Shown here piece by piece: positions 1 to 14,826 of a stretch of DNA of 64,000 bases. Source of the stretch: Octopus vulgaris (taxonomy: Eukaryota); contig OX597835.1 in assembly GCA_951406725.2 (NCBI GenBank), positions 31,248,001 to 31,312,000 on the forward strand. The letters are read 5' to 3'. Under the pieces are notes generated by a model. That model was not told where the DNA came from. It worked only from the letters and a program-made list of their open reading frames with translations, and made no database searches. The first letter of the stretch is position 1; each line of letters begins with the position of its first letter. The position numbers and the translations under genes are program-made.

Positions 1-104
1 ATGTACACAAATAATTCCACGTACACACACATACACATACATGCACATACACACAAACATGCACACACACATACATGCATATATTGTATTCTTTTATTCT
101 TTCA

Positions 105-505
105 ATTGTTTCAACTATTTGACTGCGGCCATGCTAGAGCACCGCCTTTAGTTGAGCAAATCGACCCGGCGACTTATTCTTTGTAAACCTAGTACTTATT
201 CTATTGGTTCTCTTTTTCCGAACCGCTAAGTTACAGGGTTGTAAAAGCACCAGCATCGGTTGTCAAGCAATGTTGGGGGTTGGGGGTGACAAACACAGAC
301 ACACAAACATATACACACATATACATATATATATATATATATATATACACACGATGGGCTTCTTTCAGTTTCCGTCTACCAAATCTACTCACAAGACTTT
401 GGTCGGCCCGAGGCTATAGTAGAAGACACTTGCCCGAGGTGCTACGCAGTGGTACTGAATCTAGCACTATGTGGTTGGTACTTACCACACAGCCACTCCT
501 GCGCC

Positions 506-506
<1 letters not shown>
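105..506 (-). mobile_element. tRNA-derived SINE family A, near full length
   Basis: Minus-strand head AGGCGCAGGAGTGGCTGTGTGG (A-box-like), an internal (CA/TA) tract, and a tail ending GCATGGCCGCAGTC; many copies in the window. Confidence 0.85.
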
Positions 507-556
<50 letters not shown>

Positions 557-1959
557 ATATATGTATATATAGGCATGCATATATTTAACCATACGTTTAC
601 ATGTATCTATGTGTGCATTCATAAATATATATATATGTATGTATGTATGCATAAGCGTATACGTATATCTCTTTATTCAACTGTATCTACATCTACAGAC
701 ATGTTCACATACATGTGTATACGCATACATGTACACAGACAAGCTTAGAAATGTGAAACATATTGATTTCATTATCGCGTTATTACATAGTATTCAACCA
801 ACATGATATATAACATGTGATACAATAACAACAAAGAACATTCACAACAACAAGAACAACAACGGAAGCAGCAACAGCAGCAGCAGCAAGGTCTGTTGGA
901 ACTCTAAGAAGGACATCAGGGGTTGTTTGTACTTCGACTGCTAAAATATAGTTAGTTGTCTTGCAACGTCTTTCATACACGTGCGCGCATGCACAAACAC
1001 GATCACGTAAACTCACACACACACATATACATACACACACATGCACATTCGTGTACACACACGCGTACATGCACGCGCATGCACAAATGTATAGTTGTAA
1101 ACACTACAAGCAATCATGTACAAAATATTTACACACACACACACACACACATATATATGCTCATACACACGCACACAAGCGCAAATACATATTTGTACAC
1201 ACCACACACATATCCACGCATAAAATTTTACACACACACACACATACACATACACACATATACACATACACGCATAAATATCTATATAGCTTCGCATACG
1301 CTTTCATACATAATCACATTTTTGCTCCTTTTCACACACACACACACACACGCACACACTCAAATTTACACAGACACGCACTTATACATGTTCATAATTT
1401 CACACACACACACGCGCGCGCATGCTGACTTTCACATACACAAATACTCACATACACATACACACACACATACACACACACATACATACACATATACATT
1501 GTAATGATTGCCTAGTTCCCTTTCATGAATGAAGTAGTCATTGTATGAAAATTGGGGTAGAAATAATAACCAAATGCCCTCAATTTAACCGTTATCCATC
1601 TGCTATGTGAGGATGCATTAGATGTCCTAGATTAATACGTCTAAAATTAATTAGGGATGGCCATATTGGCAAAATCATTTGATCATATCCATAAGTCTCG
1701 GTCGATACAAGAACCTAATTCTTTTATGAAATCCACCGATGTTAGGATGTTGTGATGTTCATTCTTTTCCAAGAAGTCACAACCTGTATTTTTCAAGTGA
1801 CTTCAGCTGAGAATTGAAACCCAAACGTCGGTTTACCCCAACCGTTGCAGCTCCTATTTTGCTCGTCAGATATTAAGATCTTACGACTAAAATGAAATGG
1901 CGTTCTTTGTTGTTGTTGTTAGTGACCTTGGTGCTTAACTCCTGGTTATTTCTGATTAA

Positions 1960-2180
1960 GGCGGCGAGCTGGCAGAAACGTTAGCGCGCCGGGTGAAATG
2001 CTTAGTGGTATTTCGTTTGTCGTTACGTTGTGAGTTCAAATCCCGCCGAGGTCTACTTTGCCTTTCATCCTTTCGGGATCGATAAATAAAGTACCAGTTT
2101 CGCACTGGGGTCGATGTAATCGACTTAATCCCTTTGTTTGTCCCCTCTATGTTTAGCTTCTTGTGGGCTGTAAAGAAATA
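1960..2180 (+). mobile_element. SINE family B (GGCGGCGAGCTGGCAGAAACG head; CTTTGCCTTTCATCCTTTCGGG-TCGATAAA core, Meta/MESC-domain-like)
   Basis: Close similarity to the copies at 39022, 40658 and 48918. The core-domain name is from memory. Confidence 0.85.
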
Positions 2181-3229
2181 TATTTCTGATAAAAGAAAGC
2201 AGAGCAGTTTGCCATTTAGCTCTTCAAATACTGAGCTCTGGTGACGACAATGGAAAGAAGTCCAGTATTATTGTTGCTGTTATTCTTAGAGTTCTTGCTG
2301 TTGGTCAACCCCAACGGAAGATCTGGTTAAGGAGAATCTTCATTCGAGTCATTCACGACCGTCTCTTCTTGTTTTCAAGTAAAGAGTATCTATATTTAGG
2401 ACACCATTATCCAAAAACGGTGTGAAATGATAAGATGCGATTTGTGGGAGTTATAACTGTTGTTTAGAACAAGTCGAGTAAACCATGTAATGAAGAAAGA
2501 AGTAGAGTCAAGTGGAGTTCCTTCCATAGTATAGTCCCCAAAGTCCATCCCCTCCTCACCGTGGTGGGGACGCTGGCAACAGGTAGCGTCAGAGCTATGC
2601 CGTCGGGAACTTCGGTTCCTGGTAGGGCCACCCAAGGTGGATTGGTCTGGTGAAAATCCTCGGAGTGTCTAATTCGGCAACCGGCGGCTCCTCGGTCGTT
2701 CTGTCCCTGCATCTGCGGCAAACAGGATGTCTCTACATGCGGGATTGTCGGGGACCGCTTGTGAAATCCACATATTCCCACGAAACTTCTTCCATGGTAG
2801 AAGAAGCCGACTCAACCCGCCCAGGGTGAATGTCGCCACAAGTACAAGTAAGTATACATAGTACAGTACTGATATTTATTTGATCGTTGTAACTGAAACA
2901 GAGTCGGTCTTGGCCGGATTTTGAAACATGATACATAGAACAGCAACACCAAAGTCACTCTTTTAAAAGTCACACTTTTGTTAACCCCGGATTTTAAAGT
3001 AATCACTAACAAAATGCGACACACAGGATTTTCTGAATGGCACGCAAAAATAAAAAGAAACCTTGAAAGCTTTTAGCTGATTACCCCGATTGATGATAAG
3101 TCATGTCTGATGCGGCCTATTTCTCGAAAAAGTTTGCCCGCATCTTTGAAATCTAAAGTATTGTCCAACCATATCGTCAATCCGGAGTTCTTTAAAAAAC
3201 ACAAGTACCACTAGGATGTTACGAAACAT

Positions 3230-3770
3230 ATGATGGTCTATCAAACTATTGATCTGATGGTCGATTGATCTACTTTTACAGCCAGCCACAGATAGTCTGA
3301 TGGACCCTTGGTCTTTGCCTAAGCCTAGGTTGGTCTTCGGATTAATTCATCTGATGGTCCATTGATCTTAATCTACAACCAGTCTGATGATCTACTGGCC
3401 CTTGTCTCAATCAGAGATAGTCTGTCTGATATTCCAAGTGACCATTTGGCTATGTCTATAGTCTGAGGTCCTTTGATCTATATCTACAACCAATAATAGT
3501 CTTTTTCTTCGATGGTCAACTCTTCTGTTGTTCCCTTAGTATGTTTAAAGCTACAGATGGTCTCTGTCTCTATTGGTCTAACGATCTCTTTGCCTATATC
3601 TACAACGAATGACGGTCTTTCGATCTGTTGGACTAATGGCCTAATTACACATTATCTGCTATCCTGTTGGTCTGTTTCCACAACCAGTGATAGACTATCT
3701 CTCTGCTCGTCTGATGGTCTACGGATCCGCTGGTGTGAGGGCCCTTGATCCATGACTACAGACAGTGTTA
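3230..3770. repeat. Degenerate minisatellite
   Basis: Recurrent blocks (TC)TGATGGTC, TTGATC, TCTACAACCA and GATAGTCT at irregular ~40-70 bp spacing. Confidence 0.55.
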
Positions 3771-3789
3771 TTCTACAATTGCAAATATT

Positions 3790-4001
3790 TGTTTCAAGTT
3801 CTGGCACAAGGCCAACAATTTTGGGGGAAGGGGTAGTCGACCCAGGGTTACATCGACCCCAGGATTCAACTGATACATATTTTATCAACCTCGAAAGGAC
3901 AAAAGTCGACCTCGGCTCCATTTGAACGCAGGACGTAAAGACGGACGGAATGCCGCAAAACATTTTTCCCGGCGCGGTAACCATTCTGCCAGCTCACCGC
4001 C
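3790..4001 (-). mobile_element. SINE family B, alternative 3' tail
   Basis: Reverse complement of the family B head/core; tail seen on + as GGCACAAGGCCAACAATTTTGGGG, which recurs at 33320, and on the other strand at 38185 and 43180. Confidence 0.75.
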
Positions 4002-4201
4002 TTGATAACTGCAAATATTGGCGGCGTTTAGTGGGACAATTCTTCATTTTTGCTGGCTTAGTTTTGGCTTTAGTTCTTCAAAAATGTTAGCTTGTTTTTA
4101 GTAGATCTCAGCCACGCTCATGCTGGGATATCAACTGCATATCCATCATCACATTTTACACTAAATATTAAAATAACTTCAGAGTGAGAATATTTGTTAT
4201 A

Positions 4202-4439
4202 CAGAGTGGCCCAAAAGTAGGTTTACAGTTATTCAACTGCGTCTTTCACATTCATATATGAACAGTTTAGATCATAATTATAAAAAAAATATATGAAGCT
4301 ATTATTCCATGTTAATTTAATTAATTTTGTCAAGCTCCTTTTTCAGATAGTAAGATAGAAATCTAAATGTAATAAATTGTTTTAAAAAGATTTAAAGTGC
4401 CTACGTGACATCTGTAAGCCTACTTTTGGGCCACCCCTG
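4202..4439. mobile_element. Tc1/mariner-type MITE
   Basis: TIRs CAGAGTGGCCCAAAAGTAGGTTTACAG and CTGTAAGCCTACTTTTGGGCCACCCCTG, with TA on both sides (4200-01, 4440-41); AT-rich non-coding interior. Confidence 0.85.
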
Positions 4440-4597
4440 TACATTAATGTAATCGTGAGGAGAAAAGAATCGACCACGAATAAATTTAATATTGGTATCT
4501 ATGTGCGTATGTGTGATGACTGTATACGCTGTGTGCGTACATTGTGTGTATCTATTTGTGTATGTGTGTATCTAAGTGACTGATTTTGTATGTGCAG

Positions 4598-4735
4598 ACG
4601 TGAGATGCCGTGAATCTGTTTGTGTCGCAACCACATGGTTCCGGGTTCAATCTCACTGCGTTTTGTCGACTATAGCTTTGGGCCGACCAAAACTTTGTGA
4701 GTGGATTTCGTAGACAGAAACTGAAAGAAGCCCGT

Positions 4736-4772
<37 letters not shown>

Positions 4773-4937
4773 GTGTGTGTGTGTATATATGTATGTGTGT
4801 ATATATATACACACACGTCAGGCTTCTTTCGGTTCCCGTCTATTCGCTCACAAGGATTTGGTAGGCGAGGTTGTAGTAGAATGGGACTGAACCCGGAACC
4901 ATGTGGTTGGTAAACAAGCTACTTACCACACAGCCAT
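4598..4937. mobile_element. Two opposed partial SINE A heads (4598-4737 +, 4818-4937 -)
   Basis: CCACATGGTTCCGGGTTCAA...CTGAAAGAAGCCCG on +, and the reverse-complement segment ending CTTACCACACAGCCA. Confidence 0.7.
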
Positions 4938-5597
4938 ATATTTATATATGTATGTGTGTGTATGCATGTATGCATATATGTATATATGTAGGTGTGCGTA
5001 TGTGTGAGTGTATATAGACAGACATGCATGCACACACACACAACAATATCTGTGTATATGCGTGCATATACATATATGTATGTGAGCAGGTTCGTGTCTG
5101 GGTAAAAAATATAAATGCAAGTGAGTAACAGGATTATGCTTTCATCATGTTAAAATACGTGGCCCTTCGTACAAAAAAATATAGAAATGAATAAAAAGGT
5201 TTTCCTTCGATTAAGAAATAAGAAACTGTGGTTATCAGTGCTGCTGGAAATATTTTAATTTGGAAAAAGAAATCGTGTCTGAGGTATATTATATCGGGTA
5301 TAAATGGCGATCGCTGAGAGGCAGATAGATAGATAGACAGAGAGATAAATAAGCAGAAAGAAGGTAAGAGAGAGTTAGAAAGAGAGGGGGAGAGTCAGAG
5401 AGAGTTAGAGAAGGAGAGAGACAGAGACATATAGGGAGAGAGACGCAGAGAGAGAGAGAGAGAGAAACGTGCATGGTCAAAAACATACACAAACTCATGT
5501 GAAGACGCGTATACGCGCTGATCTTTCCATATAGTCAGAAATATAGATAGAATAAATAGATTCACTGTTTTATCATACATACATAATATGCATATAA

Positions 5598-5924
5598 AAT
5601 GGCCCAGTGGTTAGGGCAGCGGACTCGCGGTCATAGGATCGCGGTTTCGATTCCCAGACCGGGCGTTGTGAGCGTTTATTGAGAGAAAACACTTAAAGCT
5701 TCACGAGGCTCCGGCAGAGGGTCGTGACGAACCCTGCCGTACTTTTTCACAACAACTTTCTCTCACTCTTTCTTCCTGTTTCTGTTCTACCCGTATTTCA
5801 AAGGGACCACCCTTGTCACACTCTGTGTCACGCTGAATCTCTCCGAGAACTACGTCAAGAGTACACGTTAATTTCACGAGCAGGTTGTTCCGTTGATCAA
5901 CTGGAAGCCTCGTCGTCGTGCGAC

Positions 5925-5926
<2 letters not shown>
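5598..5926 (+). mobile_element. tRNA-derived SINE family C
   Basis: A box TGGCCCAGTGG and B-box-like GGTTTCGATTCC; homologous to the copies at 24916, 25229 and 63518. Confidence 0.85.
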
Positions 5927-5981
<55 letters not shown>

Positions 5982-6117
5982 GTATATATTGTATATATAT
6001 GTATTTGTATATGTATATATTGTATATATATATATATATATATATATGTCTATACACACATATATATATATTATGTATATATATGTATACATTATATATA
6101 TACATATATATGTATAC

Positions 6118-6183
<66 letters not shown>

Positions 6184-6204
6184 CATACATAATATATATA
6201 TATT

Positions 6205-6340
<136 letters not shown>

Positions 6341-7273
6341 TAGATAGATAGATAGATAGATAGCCAAGCAGACAAATAAGCAGATCGTGTCAAGGAGAGA
6401 TATGTAACTACACACACGCACAGAAACCAATCAGAAACAGCATATTTTAGATTTAAACAGAAAAACAAAAATCCCACCAAATTAGGTGAATGAATAATGA
6501 AAGTTGAATGAAGATTAAGTTGAAAGACTCATCATTCGACAGAGGGGAGATAAGGGTTTAATAATTGACTATAAGAGACAGATCCTTAATTTCAATCAGA
6601 AGCCACGGCTTTACTCCTTTTACCATCTCTGCAATATTTTTTCCCCAGCAGAATTACTAATCTCAGTCACTCCTCTGCCTGTGCTGCGGAGCAGTTGAGT
6701 GAGTGCTCACTGCTACTGTTGAGAGAGAGCGACGTCCGTAGCGATGGTGGTGGTGGTGGTGGTGGTGGTGGTGGTGGTAGTGGGGGAGGTGGTGATGTCG
6801 GTATGTCGCGTAGCGGTTGTCGGTTCACGGTGACGAACACACAGACACAGAATACGTTGTAAGCATATTGTTGTATAGCGTGAGAGTTGAGTTTCAAGAT
6901 AGAACAGGCCAACACAGAGCTTCGCCCTTTCTCCTTTTTTTGATGCTTGTTTATTATGTATCATTGCGTGTGTGCACGAGTGCGTGTGCGCGCGCGTGTG
7001 TGTGTGTGTGTGGACACAGAGGGGGTGAGTGCAACTTCGCATAGATAAATAGAAAGATAGAGAGACAGACAGACACATATACAGACATATATAAAGAGAG
7101 ATCGATCGATAGATAGATAGATAGATAGATTGAGTGATAGATAGATAAAGATAGATAGATAGAAAGGTTGATAGATAGATAGGTAGATGGATAAGCAGGT
7201 AGATAGATGGATAGTAATAGGGATTAATATATAACTACACACGCACCAACCCTGTACGATCTGAAGTTCAAAA

Positions 7274-7311
<38 letters not shown>

Positions 7312-7313
<2 letters not shown>

Positions 7314-7693
7314 GCACATGTATGGCTATGTGGCAAGAAGCTTGCTTCCTAACCGCCTGGTTCTAGGTTCTGTCCCACTGCGTAGCACCTTGAATAGGTG
7401 ACTTCTATTATAGCCTCGGGCTCACCAAGGCCTTGTGAGTAGATTTGGTAGACGGAGGCTGAAAGAAGCCCATCGTATGTACACACCACACACACATACA
7501 GATATATATATTTGTGTGCGTGGCTGTGTCTGCTTGTTCCCCACCCCAACAACGGTGGATGTTTGTGTGTTTACGTCCCCATAACTTGGCGATTCGGCAA
7601 ACGAGACCCATAGAATAAGTACTAGGCTTACAAAGAATACGTCCTGGAATTGATTTGTTCGACTACAAAAACCCTTAAAGTGATGCCCTAGCA
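7312..7693 (+). mobile_element. SINE family A, diverged
   Basis: Collinear with the 41556 copy from head to GATTTGTTCGACTA tail. Confidence 0.8.
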
Positions 7694-7702
7694 CTAGTAA
7701 TA

Positions 7703-7747
<45 letters not shown>

Positions 7748-7899
7748 ATAGTATATATATATATATATATATATGTAATAGTATATATATATATATATAT
7801 ATACAGTCAAATTTTACGATGTTCTATGTCTACTGTTGTCAGGACAGCTCGAGGCGTTAGAGAGCATATATTTTAAAACTTGTAGTGAAGATAGATTTA

Positions 7900-8530
7900 G
7901 GAGACGGGAGGCCATCTGAATACTGGAAAAGAGGTACCTGTATCATGAGGAAGTGCGCCAAGTTATCAAGATGCCGACCTCATGACTACTACTCAATGCT
8001 TTGTGGAGTTTGTAAGATGTGACATAGACAGCTGCAACGGAGACTACGAAGCCGTGGCCAAGCAGGGATCGACACGCACCTGGTGTTCTGGCCACGTCCG
8101 CACGCCAAGTTTCATTCCCACACTTTTGAACAGGGCCTTCGGTTTAATTCAGCCGCCCTTGTGAAGCTACTGGTGATTGCAGTCAAACCCTGGCTGGAGA
8201 GGATTGCTATTGGAGGGTCATATGAGTATCAGCAGGATTTGGCTCCTTGCCATACCTCCGTAAAGAATCAGAAGTGGCTGTCACAGAATTCCTACGCCTT
8301 CACCAGCCTCAGTTTTTGGCCTCCTAATTCTCTTGATTGTTTTACTAATTGTAGGGCGCAGTTAAGAAAGATACTAGCCACTCTGACTGTAACACAAAGC
8401 CGAATTGGTGGACAAGATCAAAGAGCTGATCAAAGATCTCTTCAGGGACATAAATGAGGAATGCATACCCCAGGTTCCAGGGCCGTTTTGTACCCGTAGA
8501 GAAAGCTGGGAACGGCTGCTTGAAATATAT
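7900..8530 (+). pseudogene. Decayed Tc1/mariner (DD37D/maT-like) transposase
   Basis: ORF 8083..8457 contains VKPWL...YQQDLAPCHTS...WL...FWPPNSLDC, matching the QQDxAPxH and WPPxSPDLNP motifs; frames are broken. Confidence 0.75.
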
Positions 8531-8934
8531 TGTTATCTCCTTCCTAATCGTAATCTAATTGATACTTCTTGGTTTTTAAAAAGAACCTTTATTTCTGCGT
8601 GGAATATTGTATTTTCTGTTGTGTCTGGAGAGAGTCATTCTCTTTTAGTGCCTTATAATTTAACACACTCACCGGTAATATTTCCACTCATTTACTTATT
8701 TAATTTTCGTAGTGTCTTGTAAACTTTTCAGTAGTTATTGACTCTGTCCGTTATTCAGGCTGCGTTCTTTGTTCCGTTATAAGGCATAAAAAAAGAGAAT
8801 GGCTCTCCCCAGACGCAACAGAATATGCTTCAACACACGAACTCACATAAAGAACCTTGCAAACCAAATCCAAAATCGAAATATTTATATTTTGTTTTCC
8901 TTTTATATCAAAGGTTATATTTTGCACGAATACC

Positions 8935-9011
<77 letters not shown>

Positions 9012-9153
9012 TGTGTGTGTGTGTGTGATTCAGCAAGCTCAACAAATGTATTTCAAAAATTTGGGCTTGCAAAAGTATTACAATAACTTTATAAATGTAT
9101 ATGTGCGTGTGTGTGTATGTGCATGTATATATATTTATGTATATAAATATATA

Positions 9154-9232
<79 letters not shown>

Positions 9233-9443
9233 CATACACACACACATTTACATATATACATACACACATTTACATATATACATACACACACACATATATA
9301 TATGCACATATAAATATATATTCGTAATTATATTTATACATTTTCAGCGTAAATATATCTATCTATCTGTAGATGATAGACAGATAGATAGATAGATAGA
9401 TAGATAGACACACAGACAGACACACGATAGCTAGCTAGCTAGC

Positions 9444-9545
<102 letters not shown>

Positions 9546-9951
9546 TGGAAATAAAACGAGCACCTGAAAGGGAAATCACAGTATACGTACATACTTGCAT
9601 ACACAATCGTACCCACATTCATGGAAAATACACACATAAAATTGAATGCCTATTCATAACACATATCAAATCCAGAAACGATATCATTCATATTTGATGA
9701 GAGATGTCAAGTCCTTAACAAAAATGAAATATACACGTGTGATAACATCATCAGCGGTGAGTGAAGAAAAGAAAATGAATATAATTTCGCGAAAGAACGA
9801 AAATTCAAATTGTGTGAATTTGAAAATAGACAATTAATTAAGGAAATAACATAAAATTTCGAATTCACAGTGGGGGAAAAATTGAGAGTAGACCTTATAT
9901 TATTTATAATAATAGATAAACGGCCATATTCACATCCTCTTATATATATAT

Positions 9952-10032
<81 letters not shown>

Positions 10033-10337
10033 CATACATATATATATATATACATGTATATACATATATAAAAAGATATGCATATACATATTTCTGTATT
10101 AAACGTATTATTTGTAGATACAGAAGAAAGTTGACAGCAACTTTGAAGTAACTGCAAATTTTTTCCTTCTTGTTCCTCTACTCAGAGGATTTGAGTTGTC
10201 CCTCAACGCACAGCATGGCCACAGGTTTAGGACTGAAACGTGTAAAAGAATTAAAAGAATATAATCACACACACACATGTATATGTGAGTGTGTGTGCGT
10301 GTATATATATAATTATATCTATATCAATCTATCTATC

Positions 10338-10378
<41 letters not shown>

Positions 10379-10382
<4 letters not shown>

Positions 10383-10572
10383 AGAGTTTACGAAAAAATC
10401 AAATGACGAAGACAGGTGGTGTACAAAACAAACAGATGTATTAGTATAACGCTCAGGAAAAGAAAAAGTCTTTTACGTTTCGAGCCTACGCTCTTCTACA
10501 GAAAGGGACATAGAAAAAACAAGGAGAGAAAAAAAGGAGAGAAAAACCATGTGTGTAGTGGCAAACGATCTA
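10379..10572 (-). mobile_element. Family D: short hammerhead-bearing element (Penelope pLTR/retrozyme-like) abutting (TA)n
   Basis: Homologous to 16848-17060 and 17835-18005; contains a hammerhead motif at 10470-10505. Confidence 0.7.
10470..10505 (-). ncRNA. Minimal type I hammerhead ribozyme motif (A6U core variant)
   Basis: CTTT-CTGTAGA-A-GAGC-gtag-GCTC-GAAA-CG-TA-AAAG: stem I CTTT/AAAG, stem II GAGC/GCTC, palindromic ACGT in place of stem III, GUA cleavage site. Confidence 0.6.
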
Positions 10573-10876
10573 TCTTGTTAAAAAGTTTGACATACTGTTA
10601 CTCCGACATTCATGCAAACTCATCAGAGTTTCCTCATTGATCTCCTTTAATATATAAAAGAACAGATATTACACTCTGCTTTGGTATTCCAGTACTACTT
10701 TCTTCACCCGGTTTGCACGTACGATATTGCATGTGTGAAAATATGAATACGTATATAATGGTTGAAGAGATATGTAGATGGATAGAAGGACGGAGAGATC
10801 GATGAGAGAATCACACAGAGGCATATACAAACACATATATATATATGTATGCATAAATACATACATATATATATAT

Positions 10877-10976
<100 letters not shown>

Positions 10977-11090
10977 TTATGGTTGTCGTTTTGATAAATA
11001 AATAAGTCAACATTTTAATATCTTAAAGTTGATGTACCAACTAATGTGCTTCTCCATTTTCTTATTTGCAATATATATATATATATACAA

Positions 11091-11155
<65 letters not shown>

Positions 11156-11827
11156 GTATATACATGCAGATATATATATCTGCATGTATATACATATATA
11201 TTTATATATGCGTGTGTATGAGCCTTTGTGTCTGAATAAGCATGTACGTGCGTGTGTGTGTGGCTGTGTTTGTATATGAAATGACAAACACCAATTACAC
11301 TTTGTGTCATCTTGTGCGTATATGAGTTTATGGGTGAGTTTCCTATGCACTTACATCTATATATATATATATGTATACATATATATATAGACATACATAT
11401 GTATGCATGTATCTATGTATCAATACATATATATTTATATTCACATAACTGACTCTGTCTGCGTGTGTATATATATATATGTGTGTTAATAGAAGTCACA
11501 TTAAATTGATGTCTGTGGAGAAGTACATGCGCTCATATGTGACTAAAACAGTGTCAGTATGAACAGCTTTTATACGTGATTGTGTGTGTGTTTATATATA
11601 TATATATATATATGAATTTAGATGTGCGGGATACTTGAGAGAGCGGGGTGTGTTCCTCTCTGATATTAACCGATTTAACATATGTCATTCAATATATGAC
11701 TCTGCCACCCACCATGAGATATTGTGTGGATATGTGCAACTAATTATATATACATATATAAACAGGCACACACACATACGTATAGATATATATATATATT
11801 AATATGTGTATCTATATTCATGTATAA

Positions 11828-11874
<47 letters not shown>

Positions 11875-12092
11875 TACTTATATCTGTTGGTAGGTATCTA
11901 ACTAAATATAGATATGTATATATATATATATATTTATATATTTTTATATAAGTATGTATGTGTGTGTATGTATATATATATCCTTTTCATTTATTCCTTT
12001 ATTCTTTTACTTGTTTCAGTCATTTGACTGCGGCCATGCTGGAGTTGTATCAGCTAACTGTCTGGATGTTTTGCGTTCTTATCCTACTTTTG

Positions 12093-12154
<62 letters not shown>

Positions 12155-12609
12155 TATATATATATACACATATGTACATATATATATATATGTAGATATA
12201 TACATGTAAATATATATGTATATGTATATATGATACAAGTGTTTGTCTGTGTGTGTCTGTGTGTATGCGTGTGTGTGAGTGTGTTTGGTTATGTTCGTGT
12301 ATGAGTATCGTCTTTGATAATCTGTTTTTGCATGCTGTGAATTCATCCATCCACCCATTCATCCATCAATTTATCCATCCATCCACCTATCTAGACAGCG
12401 AGCGAGCCAGCCATCCGCCATCAGAATATACATACATATATGCATGCAAATATATACACACACATACTCAGACCCCCTCGCATACACATATATTTTATCG
12501 TTTCTCATTCATATACATGCGCGTCTGTATATATATCATTGTATGTATATATATATGTATGTATATGTGCGCTCGTATGGGTATCTGTAAGTACATACAT
12601 CTCTCTCTG

Positions 12610-12644
<35 letters not shown>

Positions 12645-12673
12645 TTACACATACGCACACACACATATCTATA

Positions 12674-12709
<36 letters not shown>

Positions 12710-13424
12710 TATAGTGCGCACTTTTGTATAGGAATATACATGTATTAGTCTATCTATTAACGCGTGTATATATGCGTGAAAATACTAACACATGAATGTA
12801 ACATGAAAATATAATTATGTTCATATACATGCCTGGGTAAGCACAAGGGACGGGAAGTGTATATGTGTGTGTATAAACGCATGTATAATCGTACGTGTGT
12901 ATATAATTTCATATATTTATAAATCTGTATATGTTTCTTCCTCTCTGTGTGTTTTTGTGTACATGTTATATTTCTGTATTACGATTTCATAATTTTCTCC
13001 TTACTCACGTTAAATTTGTTACCAAATATGTCATAAAGATTGATATCAGATTAAGATAAGATTGTCTTAATATATGTCACAAGATTGTCATAACATTGTT
13101 TAGGATTTGTCTTAATATATCGCGATTTTATTGCTATTAACAACCGTATGCTTGCATATGTTTAAGTAAAGAGGTATGCGTGTGTTTGTGTGATTGAGTG
13201 TGTGAGAAAACGAGGAATCCTCTGCGTGTATATGCCCGTGTTAGTGTGAACAAGAGTGCGCACATTTCGTAGTATGTATGTGTGTGTTTGTGAGTGTATG
13301 TGAGCATATGTATGTATGCGTATGTGTGTGAGGGTGGCTGCATCATTGTGCTATCAAATTTTTCAAATCCGTGAAAAAACACTGTGAGAACGTAAGCAAA
13401 CATGCTTACGTACGTATGTATGCA

Positions 13425-13472
<48 letters not shown>

Positions 13473-13591
13473 TAAATAAACATATATATAGACATATATA
13501 GAAATATCATTATGTATATAGTTATATGTGTGTGTATGTATGTGTTCATACACATATACATACACACATGAATACATACCTATATACCTAT

Positions 13592-13630
<39 letters not shown>

Positions 13631-13689
13631 CACGCTCACACGCATACACACACATATATAAACACACACACATATAGAGAGATAGATAT

Positions 13690-14024
13690 AGATATATATA
13701 AGCATACGTACATACAAACATACAAACATATATACATACATACATACATACATATATACATACTTACGTACATGCATACATATATACATATATACATACA
13801 TACATATATAAATACATACATGCATACATATATACATACATACATACATACATACATAAATAAATACATACATGCATACATACATACATACATACATACA
13901 TACATACATACATACATACATACATACATACATACATACATACATACATACATACATACATACATAAATAAATACATACATACATACATATATACATACA
14001 TACATACATACATACATACATACA

Positions 14025-14058
<34 letters not shown>

Positions 14059-14072
14059 CATACATACATACA

Positions 14073-14103
<31 letters not shown>

Positions 14104-14115
14104 TACATACATACG
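13690..14115. repeat. (TACA)n microsatellite array
   Basis: Directly visible. Confidence 0.95.
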
Positions 14116-14425
14116 CATGCTTAAGACATACATATAACTGCAAATAATAAATGAAATTGAAACAGACAGACGGAAACAGTAAAGGGTTTGTACCCTTCTT
14201 CAATTATACATGTTTCGGTGTTTTTTTTACATAGGATGCACCACAGGCGCTGATGTTGCATGAGCCGCGAACACACCCACCCAGGTATAGAAATACATAG
14301 AGAGGCAGGTTACGGGTATTTGTATAAAAATATTTAAATACATGAGCGTTTGCATGTGTGTCCGTGTATGTGTGCGAGCATGTAAAGCACGTGTGCTTAT
14401 GTGTGTGTGTGTATGTGTGTGTGTG

Positions 14426-14601
<176 letters not shown>

Positions 14602-14698
14602 AGGATAAAATTTTTTTGAAAATTTTATCATTGCCCAACATATTTAAAAAGATACCTTTTAAGGTGAAAATTATAAACAAGTTATCTATGAATATATA

Positions 14699-14826
<128 letters not shown>

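Noticed and set aside
3230-3770. CRISPR-like repeat/spacer array
   Set aside because: Repeats are degenerate with irregular spacing, the context is eukaryotic, and there are no cas genes.
5598-5665. tRNA-like sequence (also other SINE heads)
   Set aside because: A/B boxes continue into SINE bodies with no intact cloverleaf; not tRNA genes.
14184-14218. Minus-strand GAAACATGTA...TTGAAGAAGGGT-acaa-ACCC
   Set aside because: Hammerhead-like pieces are out of order with a non-canonical core; single copy.
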